Part shown: piece after piece, positions 11,960 through 24,801 of the stretch | Layout: each line of letters begins with the position of its first letter | Position numbering within the stretch: the first letter of the stretch is position 1 | Origin: Antedon mediterranea | Lineage: Eukaryota > Animalia > Echinodermata | Assembly (NCBI RefSeq): GCF_964355755.1 | Contig: NC_092679.1 | Span: forward strand, 3,688,201-3,752,200 | Reading direction: 5' to 3' | DNA: 64,000 bases | Made by a program: the position numbers and the translations under genes | Notes under the pieces: model-generated | The model's database searches: none | Seen by the model: the letters and a program-made list of their open reading frames with translations, nothing else | Told to the model about the DNA's origin: nothing

Positions 11960-13192
11960 ATGAAGTCCTGTATCGGTCAATTGCTTCTTCTTGCCTTTCT
12001 TTTACTTTTGTATCTACTGTCCGGCACACTGGTCTTTTCTTTGCTGGAAAAACCGTACGAAATCGAAGTGATTGAAGATTTTAAAGTGTACGTTGATGAA
12101 TTATATGCGTCCAATAGATGTATTAACCCAAACTCTCTACGCGAGTTATCTGCGATATTCGGTCGCGCTAACCAAGGGCTGTATACCACTATCGATATAT
12201 CATCGGACAACAACACCTTTTTCTCTAGTTGGGAAGTACCCGATGCGTTATTCTTCAGTTTCTCTGCTATATCAACAATAGGTAAGTTTCAAAGTATGTT
12301 GCATTATGACTTTACTGACATTATGACTGAATTATTTCTACTCTACTTGTTTAAATATTAAATTAAATGTTTTAGTTTTTATATCACGGTCGTGTAACCA
12401 TATTTGTTTTTTTAATTGAAATTACTTTTACTGCCAAGTATTTCAAACATGAACTACAGGCCTGAACGTCGTATTATAATTATTAATCTTTTTTAAAAGA
12501 TTTATTTCGTAACAAAAGAAATGACAAAATGTATTGAAATTATTTTTACGTCATCATCAATGTATACGGAAATTCTCGTTCCATAATTTATTTAACCCGT
12601 TCTTCCATTTTTAGGCTATGGAAACATTGTCCCTCAGACGTCAGGAGGTCGATTATTTTGCATTTTTTACTCTATCTTGGGAATTCCAATCGTCATCGCT
12701 GTTGGTAGTTTTGCAGGCTACGGTATTACCACTCTACATCGGAAGTGTGCTTTTCGTCTTGTCGGTAAATTTAAACTTGAAAACAAAAGCATGATTATCT
12801 TTTGTAACTGTCTCATCGCTTCTGTAATTATTTTGATCGGTATAGTCCCACCATCAATGGGCTTCGCAAGTTTATACAAATTTGGAACGTTTGAGATGTT
12901 TTATTTTACATTTGTCACTATGTCAACTATCGGATTTGGTGATTTTGTTCCCGAAGCGGATCCATCTTGGGATTTTAGCTATAGATTGTTGTTGTGTGTG
13001 GCTATGATATCGTGGTGTACTTTGCTTATTGCCGCGTTTACGCTACTTTTCGGATTTGTTGCAGGTCCGCATTCAAATAGAAAAAAAACTCGGAAAAAAA
13101 AAGCGAAAAGTAGGTCTACAATTCAAACGATAGCAATAGCGACTGTCCATTCGCCTGTTGAAAGAAATACTGAAAGTTTATTTAATATATAA
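11960..13192 (+). CDS. Two-pore-domain potassium channel (KCNK family), 2 exons (11960-12281, 12615-13192)
   Basis: M1 YLLSGTLVFSLLE, cap Cys (NRCIN), P1 STIG^YG split by a phase-1 intron, P2 STIGFGD, 4 TM segments. An upstream in-frame ATG at 11891 is possible. Confidence 0.93.
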
Positions 13193-13659
13193 GACAGACC
13201 TGTAAGAAATGTCGTTGATAAATTGTATATACAGTATTTTTATAATAAAACAAAAAAACGTAGAATATGCTGTAGTTTTTGTATTTATAGTACTGTACAT
13301 CACTTTCGTGATAATAATTATCATTGACAATTTACATACATACGGTACACTTAATCTATCGTAATACACTTTTAAGCCGTAAATTTGTTGGCGACACAAT
13401 TTTAGACCCCATCGGGAAGTAGCAATGTGTTCTTTTCTGTGTTTGTTTTGTTTGTATAAAGATCCCAGGGAAGAAGTGGAAATAATGGCCTGTTTAGTTT
13501 TGGAAGCTCACATCCGCCGTGGTCCCTTTTCTGTTTTGTACAGATCCTATCGGGAAGTGGCAATATGCTCTTTGTTCTATTTTTAGCCTACGTCTTCTAA
13601 CACGAGACCAGGAATGATAACCAGACACGAATAACACTACAATCCTTCCAGTATAAATG

Positions 13660-13886
13660 ATAGGTGAGGTTAGTCCCGTGTTCTCTGAACGTAGGGGAAT
13701 GAGCTGTTAGGAGCTCATTGCACTAAGCCTCGGCATTATGTGGTAGGGTGGCCAGTTCCTTTCCACGCCGCCTTTTTTCTCCCTAGTATTTTCAACTAGA
13801 TACTCATTTATACTGCTGAGTGTACTGGAATTGAACCCGGGTCTTTGTATGACAGTCAAGTGTTCTAACCACTCGGCTATCCAACT
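13660..13886 (-). mobile_element. tRNA-derived SINE
   Basis: Minus strand has A box TAGCCGAGTGG and B box GGTTCAATTCC, followed by a body (GGCGGCGTGGAAAGGAACTGGCCACCCTA) resembling conserved invertebrate SINE domains. Confidence 0.75.
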
Positions 13887-13941
13887 CCAATAAAATGATA
13901 AAACAGTGCAAATTTTTACATAATTTTTAATATTCTATTTA

Positions 13942-15421
13942 TCATTCAACGTTAGTGTCCACACTATCTTCATTTTCTTCTTTCTTGATATATTGCTCTC
14001 GCACTTCTAACAAACGACTGTTGCGTCTTGCTGCTTGTTTTTTATGCGATAGTTTCTTGAGGATAAACCTGGTTTGATCGTGTTGCTTCAGGCCTGTCTC
14101 CACTTGATTTCCAATCGTGTACATGTACACCGCATCGATAACACCCAAAGTGATGATTGAAAACGAAATATTGATTAACGTCATCAAAGAATGGCAGGCT
14201 AAATCGTTGTTTACACAACTACCCAGAAGCGGGAAATCTCCAAAACCAATTGTTGTAGCTGTAATAAAAACTGCGTATACTGATTCCAAGAAAGTCCAAT
14301 CGTTGGTGATTTTGAAGTAAATAGCAGGTAGGAATATAATACCTAACAGCACTATTAGAAACATCCAAAATACGAAGATATATTTCATCACTGCAGGAAG
14401 TTCTGCTAGGTTAATCTTCTTTTTCCATTTTGATTTCCGGAATCTGTAGAGTCTTTTGACGGTGTTGGTGAAAGCTGCACTGCATTTCACAGTAATGGCC
14501 GTTAATAATGGAATTCCAACTATCCCGAATATGACGCAGCTTACTCTACCAGTAATGGTCTTTGGAGTATTATGACCATATCCTGCAGAAAATAAAATAT
14601 TATTAGGCTTAGTGGTAGATCAGAATAGTTGAATACATGTATTATAATCAACCACGTCATTCTTTTCTAGATTTTACTTGAATGATACCTCTTGGTTTAT
14701 TATGAAATTTAATCATTTGCAACAACGTTTCGTCAGCAATGAAACAGTAGTACAGAGCTAGTATTGTGGAAACACCCCCCCCCCCCTTTTTTTTTTTTTA
14801 ATAAAGGTTCTTTTTGTGAAATATAATAGGCCTAATAGGAATTATTTCACGGCACTTCTTCTGCTTCTTCACTTCTGTCGAAAAGAAGGTGGATTTACTA
14901 TGTTGTTAAAAAAGTTTATGTTTTCTAATAAATTAGAAGAGAGAAACTTTGAGTAACCTTTAGCTTAAGCAAGATGTTCAGAAAAGGGAGAAGGTCGTTG
15001 ACAATGCATTTGTTCGTTGCAATTTTAAACATGAAGCTACTGAGTAGTACATACCTATTGTTGTTGGAATGGTACTAACAAACGATAGAGCGTTTGGAAA
15101 ATCCCAAACTGACTCAATCGTTTCGTTGTAAATCACAGAAATGATTCCCTTTCCGCCTTGGTTATAAGCATCACTGACGTCTGAATGAATCTGCAAGACT
15201 TCTGCTAAGTCCAAGCAAGGATGCTTGTTCAAGAATATTTCGATGAGTAATTCGAATTCCTCGACAGAATTTTGTTCATTTTCATATTCTAACAACGGGA
15301 ATACTATGGCTCCAAGCGCTAGATATAGCCAGAAGAATACAACCAGAGCCAGTATCTTCCATTTCACTTTCGTACAATCTGCGTAGCTTTGATCTGCGTC
15401 CATCTCTTCAGTAGGCGCCAT
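13942..15421 (-). CDS. Two-pore-domain potassium channel (KCNK family), 2 exons (15421-15055, 14582-13942)
   Basis: M1 YLALGAIVFPLLE, cap Cys (HPCLD), P1 TTIG^YGH with the same intron position as its neighbour, P2 TTIGFGD. Confidence 0.93.
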
Positions 15422-18182
15422 CTTTTTGACGTTTATAGTTTTGAAGTTAAACCCCTATTTCCGTTTAATATGCGATTTATATTCTTGTTTTGAGAACAAA
15501 CGTGATATAGGTACCAGTATAATTCATTACAATCACATAATGGTCAGCTTAACAATACACTGTTGTTCTCTAATTTATTTATAAATAATTTCATATTTAA
15601 ATACCTAACGCTTAATGTTTTATGATATTCCGTGGTTTTCAATCAAAACCAATTTAACTAAAAAAGACATCCACGTAAATTAAACAGCTAATGTTATTAT
15701 AACATTATTATGTGTTTTTTTTAATTAGGAAGTAAAAATAATATGGGAAAATATTTTCGTTGCCGATGACCTTGATGACATTATGCTTGCCGTGAGTTGA
15801 ATATCAGCCCTGGGCCGGGATACTAATCTAGCATACAAGGATGGTACTACCATCTAATGGTTTACACAAGACATTTATATGAACATGTTTTAACTCTTAA
15901 AAGGTTTTTATTACAGTAAGCCAAAAACAAAACACATAACAAAACACACAAAAAAACAAAGTTATGAAATTAATTTCAAACGCGCATGTGTAAATCAAGG
16001 TGATTGTATTGATAATCAAAGTAAACATGGAACCACACGAATAATTTTGTTTGACGCGCGTGTTAAAACGGATGGTAAGGTTACGTGTTTTGTACGCGCG
16101 CGTTCAACCTCTGCTTTTTACGCGCGTGTAAACTTCGTGCCTCTAAAGTGGTGCCATTGATTAAATGACTTATCTACAACAATAGTAAATATTGCACATA
16201 TTAGTTTAAACATACATAATTAATTAGGTCTACGCAATATAATGGGTAAAACAGTAAATTAATCGACAATGTCTAAATCTATTTACAATGGCATACTTTT
16301 AACTAATTTTTTTTTAAACTTGTGTTGCATAAAGGAAAACACTTTCCTATTTTTAACCCTAACATTAACAATTACGTTATACTATTAGTTTTGATTACTA
16401 AAACTGTAATACTACTCTACAAATGTTGTTAACACGAGGCATGTCACTTTCAGTATAACAAGAATTATGTGGACGTGTCATTAGGCATGCCCGGATCATA
16501 TGTGTTTTACAATCAATTGTTGAAATGTATTGTTTCTATTGGTACGATACGTTTCAATAGACATTCTAACTGGCATCCACTGTATAGAAACAGGTTGACG
16601 TTCCAGTATGCAAATGTCAACATAATTCTGTAGTGACGTTGAATAGCCCACCTGGCGCGACAACCCGATCTGTAGACCTCTAGGCCTAACTCCATGCAAG
16701 AAAAGAAAACTTGCGTCGAATTAACAACGGATTATACATCACTCAGAAGTGTACAGGATATCACATTTACGGATTATACAAAGTAAGTAGAAGGCCTACA
16801 TAATAAAATGTCACGTACTTTGCATCCTGTAAGTTTGTACTTGTTTTACAATAGGTATTCGTTGCCGACATGAAAATTACATGTTCACTCTCTATTTCCC
16901 TATCACTATTGGTAGGTGCAGTAAACATAATATAGTTAGTACATTTATAGTTAAGGCAGTTAGTCTATCTAGTATAGTATATTTAGAGTATATTTCGTTA
17001 CCATTTTTCTAAATAAACTAATAAATAAGAACGGTAGTATTATCGGTATAATACAGTAATATAAATACAGTAAAAACAAGGAGAAGGTGGTGTGAGAGAA
17101 AAGGGGGTAGACGGGGGGGGGGGGGGCGATTGGTTATGGAATGGTGCGCGGCAGCAAAACAACAGGCTATGTAATTGGTGGTAACACACATATTTGTAAC
17201 TTATAATAATTAAAATTGTAGTTTAAAAAAACACGTCAATTACTTCTAATGCTATAAATCTGCTATAAATATCTGTACATAACTTATCAACTAAGCGCTA
17301 CAAAAATTATTAGCAAATTAAATATTCCTAACAAAAGTATAATACTGTAATAATGAATGTGCATTTTATAGATATTTATATCAATGAATATTAATGTATG
17401 TTAATGTAATAAAGATGTAAATAGGCACATAAACAATACATATTGATCAGATGCTTTCGTGGCAGTGTTACATATTTTTTTGGAGCTTTCGATTTCCAGT
17501 TACAGGACACTGAGCTTGCCAACATATGAATTCGTAACAGTCTGGCTGCGACAGTGTTACATATTTAAAGGCATGATGGAGCTTTCGATTTGCAGTTACA
17601 GGACACTGAGCTCGCCAACATAGGAATTCGTAACAGTCCTTTGATCTTATGTCTGGCTGCGACAAATGTCAACAGTACTGTACTATGTACAAATGTCAAC
17701 AGTACTGTACAATGCACATATTATCTGTGTCGCAGTCAGAGATAAACACTTTGATCTCCAGAGCTCAGTATCCTTTTGTGAGATTGCCTTGGTTACACAT
17801 GAGGACGCGTTTCCTCAAAACAGCTTTGGTGGATTCTAGGGTCCGGACAATACACATGCGTTTGTCGTACTCTAGGTCCTATATCGTCGCAAATTGGAAG
17901 CTCCCAATTATAGTAAACTTCATATTATACATTCATAACTTGAAACATAATACACTTTTGTCCGAAATGCTTTGAAAATTCATAAAACAGGTTCGTTAAG
18001 AATTGCAGTTAAACTAAAAATAAAAATGATTCTACTCAATGCAGCAAACTTATAAAAGTGACTTAAAAACACTGTTTGACATATTTCATTTAAACATTTG
18101 TGGTGTCTATTATAATAGATAAATAATTTTATTTAAAAATATAAATATTTTACAATTAAATAGGTCCATATTTTGTGGTAAT

Positions 18183-18538
18183 GTAGTATTTCAACAAGAT
18201 TGAGGGGACATATTTGGGACACAACAAAGTTTCCTCTTAATAGGGTGTTCTTTCAATTGAATAGGGGTTGGCCGTAATTTTAAAACATTGCTTGTTTCAC
18301 ATAAAAGGTGTCCTCTGAATAAGGGTGTCCTCTGAATAAGGGTGTCCCTTGACTAGGGGTGTCCCTTGACTAGGGGTGTCTTTTGAATAGGGGTGTCTTT
18401 TGAATAGGGGTGTCTTTTGAATAGGGGTGTTCCTTGAATTAGGGTGTCCCTTGAATTAGGGTGTCCCTTGAATTAGGGTGTCCCTTGAATAGGAGTGTTC
18501 CTTGAAAAGGGGTGTCATGAATAGAGGTGTTCTATTGT
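18183..18538. mobile_element. Probable Tc1/pogo-like non-autonomous element with expanded ~19-bp subterminal repeats (GAATAGGGGTGTCCCTT)n
   Basis: About 11 tandem units at 18305-18525. The right end reads TACAATAGAACACCTCTATTCATGACACC on the minus strand, like CAGTAGAACC-type TIRs. The left end is degenerate. Confidence 0.6.
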
Positions 18539-18552
18539 ACACTCAATATAAA

Positions 18553-21500
18553 TTACTGAAAATAGTGCTTAAAAGTATATTGTATTTTCATAAAATAATA
18601 ACTTAGGTCGCTCTTCAACCCGGCGCACATCGGTGATGTTGCTGTCTTGTTGTAGCAGTATATGTACGAACCGACGAGCAAAATGAAAACAGTGCACAGG
18701 ACAAATAGTACCATCATTAATGACGTCATGACAAAATCATCTAGTAATATAAAAAAAATTATATATATTATAGTTAGTACGTATTTAAACTGTGTTTTGT
18801 GGCATTGTTTACAGAAATGAAATATATATAGCAACCGTTGCTGCTTTGTACCCCATAGATTTTGGAGGCGTGCCTTTATAACTATGCCTTTTGTTTGTTA
18901 ACATCTTTGATTGGCTGATTTGTTTTATTATGTAATTTTGTGACTTATATATGTTATCCTTTGTTACAATTCTCTTCACCTGATGATGGGCTATGCCCGA
19001 AACATGTCGCAAAAATAAATCTATATTGAGGCAGTTTTAACTTATTTGATCTTGATTTTTTTCTATATCCTGCCTATGCAGCTCTTTGATTGAAATATAT
19101 ATATATATAAACAAAGTTATTAGAGATATTTATTATAAATTTCATTAAAAATTGATATATATTATAGAATTAGTACAGTATATATAATACACTATATATT
19201 TAAATTATGTTTGTTGTCTAGCATTGTATACATGAACTATGTCTATCATATTGAGTAAAATTTATCAACAAAACTTAAAACAAAATTTTCTATGAAAAAT
19301 TTCTTTGTAAAAAAGTTTTTTTAATGGGAAATGTGCATTTTAAAGTTAATATCTTTTTACCGTGGTCATCCTTGATCGGTGTAGGTTCATATTCCTCCTC
19401 AAACCGTACTTTTCTTATTCCTTTTTTCTTCCGTTCATCCGCTTTATCTTTACTATCGAAAGATGACCTAAAATCACAGACAGAACTTTCAGTGGTAAAT
19501 CATTTTTCGATCTATGTCTTTATACGATTATTGATTGTGCATAGAGATAGGTCCTTGGACAAATTAAGTATTGGAAGACTTTATAAAAGCAGCGCCAACC
19601 CATAGAGGGCACAATAAAGTTGCAAAATATATCCAATATAGAAGGCGCTATTAAACATCTTTGGGATTTAATCAAAATGGGCCTAGTAAAGTGGAGTATA
19701 ACTACTTAGAAACTCTTTGGGAGGTCTGCATAGAGACAGTAGATATTCTTTTATTATCTAACATAGTAAGTGACCAAAGCGGGTTAAGACAGTAGAACCG
19801 TAATTACACAGCCAAAACAACAGCAAGGCTTCGAGCCTCACTCACTCCATGGTTCTGGTATAAGAACAAGTCTTCTCGGATAAGGACTATAAACCATATA
19901 GGTCCAGTGTACATATCTAGCTCATGGGCACTTTAAAGAACCTAGTATATCTTTCAAGATGAGTAGGAGGTTACTCCGGTGTACTAGTACACTCACAGCC
20001 ACTGATCATAACTGGACCCTCTGGGAGACCATTCTTAGACTGAAGGGGTCGCCGGTGTACTAACTCACAGCCACTGATCATTTTTATAGATTGATTGATA
20101 TAGTTCTTATCTTGGCCCACTGGGAGGCCAGTCTTTGACTGAAGAGGTCACCAAGCATAAATAAATTATAACAAACCTTTTCTTTAGAGTAGCCTTAGGA
20201 GCAATTATATCTCCATCTCCACTTAGCCTAGGTAAGATAGTATGTACAGTTTCACTTGAGTCCTCCTCATTTTGACTACGTTCCATTGCCTCTGTATACA
20301 AATAAAAACAGATTTAAATATTGTATAATGCCTTCATTTTCCTTCATGTACAAACTACATACTTGGCTGTATTAAATTTTTTCTATAAACTGTAGTTTTT
20401 TTTCTATTCAGTAGGTGTGTCCTATATTTGATTTACATAGGGTTAGTGTATATCACTAGGCCCTAAAGTTAAATTTCATTCACACTTTTCAATCAGTTAA
20501 ATCTATACTATATATTTGTCTTTAAATATTAATAACTCTTTAACCTTTTAGTTCATGTATTAATTCTTTATTGCACAATTTAGGCACAATATCAGCACAC
20601 CTTTTCTCTTAAAATTGTTATCTGTATGCGTCATACTACTACTACTACTGTACCTGCGTACTGTTTTTTACCAACATCAGCATATATGATTGTAAATAAA
20701 TCTAGAGCCTGTTTGGTTGTGGGATGCTCTTCACCATAAAGTGATCGGTACATTTTTGTTGCCTTAAAACAAAACAAATTGATAATTATTTATGTCAATG
20801 AATACAAAATAATATAATATTCAGAGTTTGGTTGTTGATTACAGGTGTAAATTTTATCAATCTCATTAATTTCTTGGTTATATTATATTTTAATTGTATT
20901 AGTTAGTACAGTATAACAAATGAATCGGTAACTCACTTTCCCGCAATAGTCCAATGCCAGATAAGGGCTGTTGAGTATAATAAAATATAAATAATTTTAC
21001 ATTAAAAATAATGAAAAGGTTCTAAGACATTAGGGCCATCCTAAAATATCTGTTACAATTTATTTTTCAGTAGTAGTAATGTTATAGCTTTGTAGAACGA
21101 TTTCCCAAATAAATTCAACTTATATCTTGTGTAGTTCATTCATGATGATACAAGTATCTATCCCAGATTTATGTTCATTAGTATTTATACATACTTTCCC
21201 TCAGCTTTGCAAAGCCTTGCTAGCTTCTCAAACTGTGTTGCTTTCATTGCTTTCTGACTTGTTTCAGCTGTATCACTTGTAGTCCCGTCTTGTGCATTCT
21301 CTGTGAACAACAACAATGATAATTCATCAGTATGAAAATGCAAGCAAGTTTTTTACAGGCACTGCACGAATATGTTTCATTAAAGTCTCCAGTGGCGTAA
21401 CATAGAGGCCCCTGGTTTAGGAACTCTAAGTGGCCCTCCAACGCTGGAGGTCTCGGGCGTTTTTAGCCTTTTTTCGACATATTATAATGCCTTTTTTTAT

Positions 21501-22639
21501 AATGTTTTTTCCCATGGGCACTGCTCAGGGGCCCCATAAGCTCAAGTGCCCTTCTGGGTTTAGCCAGTGAGCGCTAATAGCCGTTAATACACCGCTGTTA
21601 GTCTCATTCATCATGCTCTTAACATTGGCGGCATGAGGATGAATGCAAGACCCACAAACACAAAACACTTACTAAACTGTAGGTGCAATTTCGCAGCATC
21701 TATAAGAGCTGTTTCATAGTACATCTTCTCCGCTTGAATAAAATGAACAGCTTTTTCATCTAAAAAAACTAATTGAAGGAAAGTATTTATTCTATTTTAA
21801 AACTAAATAATAAACAGGAATACGGTCCACAGATTTGCATAGGATGATCACAATTGGTATTGATGTAGCCACACAAGAATTCAAGATTAATTGATTACAA
21901 AAATGGAACAATCCACTGTGCCAACCACAGGGTTGTTAAAAAGTTGTCGGGTTGAAACCTAAACAACTGTACTGGTGGCTACAGTACTGCCCTGGTGGCT
22001 ACAGTACTGCCCTGATGTTCAAGTTTATTGTTTCACACAATATACAGAACATTTGATAAATTGTGTGAGGAGGACATATTAAGCCACGGCTTTATGTTTT
22101 GGTGATGAATTAACCTTTATCGGTACACAAACTTTTTAAAGGATACATTCGTTTTTAGCAAAGTAAATCTGTGAAACTTGATGTAGGCACTGCGGCAGCT
22201 CTGGGTACGTGACCTGCTCTTGGATGCCGGTCAAACTCTGAAGGTACAGCTTTAATGCCTCCTCTGGTTTGCCTTCTTTTTCTAGATCTCTACCTTGCGT
22301 GAAAAGTTCCGATCTATCAACATCTGTTTTGGTTACAGTAATTTCCTCAACACCGGGTGACGAATCGGAATCTAGAAATTTAAACCACAACAATGTTAAA
22401 TAACAATATTGTGTATTTCAAAATGATTACTGTATAATAGAGTGTAAAATTATTAGGTTACAGTACGTACCATCTGTTGGAGTAGTAGAATCATCTAGGT
22501 TTGTTATCTCATCGTCACCTGTCATGCTAGTACTAGTAGTATCTTCAGCACTTTGTAATTGTAAATCGTTGTGTGCAACATTATTCTCCTGTACCACGTC
22601 ATGCTTGACTGAATTGTCTATTGTTTTATCACTTGACAT
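18553..22639 (-). CDS. CNST: Consortin-like tail-anchored protein, about 9 coding exons; 5' UTR exon near 22981-23130
   Basis: LPQCLHQVSQIYFAKNE-YEKAVHFIQAEKMYYETAL matches the consortin N-terminal motif. RKVRFEE (~19400) is followed by a C-terminal TM and YCYNKTATSPMCAGLKSDLSYYF, like Consortin_C. Exons about 22470-22639, 22147-22371, 21672-21759, 21195-21301, 20937-20969, 20654-20763, 20175-20291, 19361-19467, 18553-18740. Confidence 0.82.
18980..19008 (+). ncRNA. Minimal hammerhead ribozyme motif (Penelope-like remnant), stem I degraded
   Basis: CTGATGA-T-GGGC TAT GCCC-GAA-A CATG T-C, followed by AAATAAA. Confidence 0.72.
19770..20160 (+). mobile_element. SINE with degenerate tRNA-like head and MetaSINE-like central domain
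   Basis: GACCAAAGCGGGTTAAGAC...GCTTCGAGCCT head. The body CTCGGATAAGGACTATAAACC...GCACTTTAAAGAACC...GAGTAGGAGGTTACTCCGGTGT is similar to 27190-27270. Confidence 0.6.
21390..21597. mobile_element. hAT-like MITE
   Basis: Ends CAGTGGCGTA / TACACCGCTG, flanked by aaagtctc / ttagtctc (6 of 8 bp target duplication). Confidence 0.7.
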
Positions 22640-24658
22640 ATTGATTGCCTTTTATAGGTCCAGCTGTCAAAAATATAAAAAATCATTATTTTTTAAGATA
22701 TTAATTATTATGCCTAAATGTACTTCAAAGAAAGTAATGTGCTCTATACTTTGATACTACGACTATGCTAACCTACCTAGCCACCCAGATATTTAGTCTG
22801 GACCTGGTCCTAGGCTAGGCCTGATTTGTTACCAATCACATTGTCACTACCCGACAGGCCTATTATACCTTACGCTGGTTAGCCTAGCCTAGCCTAGGCC
22901 TAGTTCTTTTATTTTTGGATCTGATCGACAACGACAGGCCTAGGATTTATACATTGTATAAATCATCCTACACGAGCTTACCTGATTTTAAATTTTTAAC
23001 ATATGATTAACAATATATTTTATTACGTATGTAGCAATTTTATAGGTGTTGGCACAAAGCATAAACTAAATAATTCTAGAAATATAATCAAATGTTTTCA
23101 CCCCAAAAAATGACGCTTCGTTTGTTTGTTTACTCCTCTCGATCCATTACAATTTTAATAGCGCCCTCTATATTTTTCAGGTTTCTTTAGTACGGAACAT
23201 GTGCAAATTTATGTGCTTATTCGTTTATATAGGCCTACAGTCAATTTAATGTTATAGCATAATTCATAATTGTATTATGTAATATCATTATCATGTTTAG
23301 TATTTTTGTAGAAGAATATAATTTGTCAAACCTGCAGTGCGGCTGAATAAGAGATAATATAAAATAAGCCACATCGCCCTCTCGTAAATTTGGCGCATGG
23401 GATTATTCCATTTTAATACAGGTGGTTACTATTTATATTATATATATTTTAAACTCAATACCGTGTCTTGTTGCTACTTAAAATAGATAGGTCCGAGATT
23501 TCCCTCCCCATTAAAAAAGTATTTTCTGTACCAACCCTTGCTATCATATTATTTATGATGAACAAATCTAGTTTAACGTCAAGTAGAATTTTGGCGTCGT
23601 AGTGACGGTGGGTGCCGTGGCGGCTTATTCTTGTGCTCAGTATGGCGCGCCCTTAAGGCTAAGTTACATGGTTTTAGTGTAGATGACAGACAGATAATAG
23701 AACAAATTAAAGCACTTGACGATTCAATTAAAATAACATGTTATGGAACTAAAATGAGTTTAAATTCATTCCACGATCGACCTTACATTTTAAATAAGTC
23801 AAAAGGAAGGCCGGTTTTTAAATATGTTTATATAATAATAATATTTTCAATATTTTGTAATACTGTAGTGGCCTGTCGATTTAACGACACCAAATACCCG
23901 AGGACGTAACACAACGCCGCGGAAACATTTGCGTAGCCAAAATGTTTAGTGTACCACCAATTTGAGAATTTGACGTAGTTTCCGGAACTATCAGAATATG
24001 TAAGAGTTCGGTATATATAGACCTATTCATACTGCTGCTGCTTAAACCTAGAGCATGTTTTGTTTACACTATTCATATTGTCAAGTATGTGATTGGACGA
24101 CGTATGAATAGGCCTGCTTCACGGAGGCCTATTCATACGATCACCGAGTGGGCCAATAGACAATTAATAAAGCCAATAACATCATTGTTATAAGATTGAT
24201 TAGCAGAGATTTACAAGGACAGCAAAATATCCCTGACAACATAACGGTTTAGTTGCTCGTCTTCTAAGGCGAATTCACAACAATTGATGACGTCACAAAG
24301 AAACTAATATTGATAGGGCCTTACAATCCACTTCATTAATAATACCCCTCCTTAATTCCATTATTTAAAAGACCTGATAATTGCATGTTTAACATGGTTA
24401 TTAAAATGTATACATTAGACTGATGCCATTTTACACCACAGGAGCTCAAATCCAAAATCCTATAGTCATACAAGTAGGCCTAGCTTTTAAGCCGTATACA
24501 AAAATACAATTTCCTAATAGATTTCCAATATAGAAACGACATAAAAATTACACGCACTTATTACATTTTTTCATGTTAAAGATAATTAGCAAAAAACTAT
24601 TATTTTATTTTCTCAATTTTGTTGTATTCATAATAATAATTGTGAACATCAAGGCTTA

Positions 24659-24801
24659 AGCCTCTCTCTACACTATCAAACTAGTTTGACAAAAAAAAGT
24701 GTGATGTGCCCAAATATGGTAGTGATATGATTAAATATGGTAGTGATATGGGCACACCGCTTTTTTTTCAAATAAAGTTTAAGATAGTGTAGTGTAGAGC
24801 T
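24659..24801. mobile_element. MITE family A copy
   Basis: TIR-like ends with TTA on both flanks. Confidence 0.8.

Noticed and set aside
13800-13886. tRNA gene
   Set aside because: A and B boxes are present but there is no good acceptor stem, and the sequence continues into a SINE body.
15841-16158. MITE with ATGGTACTAC / GTGGTGCCAT ends and ACGCGCGT repeats
   Set aside because: TIRs are short and imperfect, with no TSD or second copy in the window.
17468-17975. Short ORFs over a ~77-bp local duplication
   Set aside because: No homology or exon signals recognised.
21134-21180. Possible sixth P-like footprint starting CATGATGATAC between gttcatt repeats
   Set aside because: The right arm is too degenerate to support.
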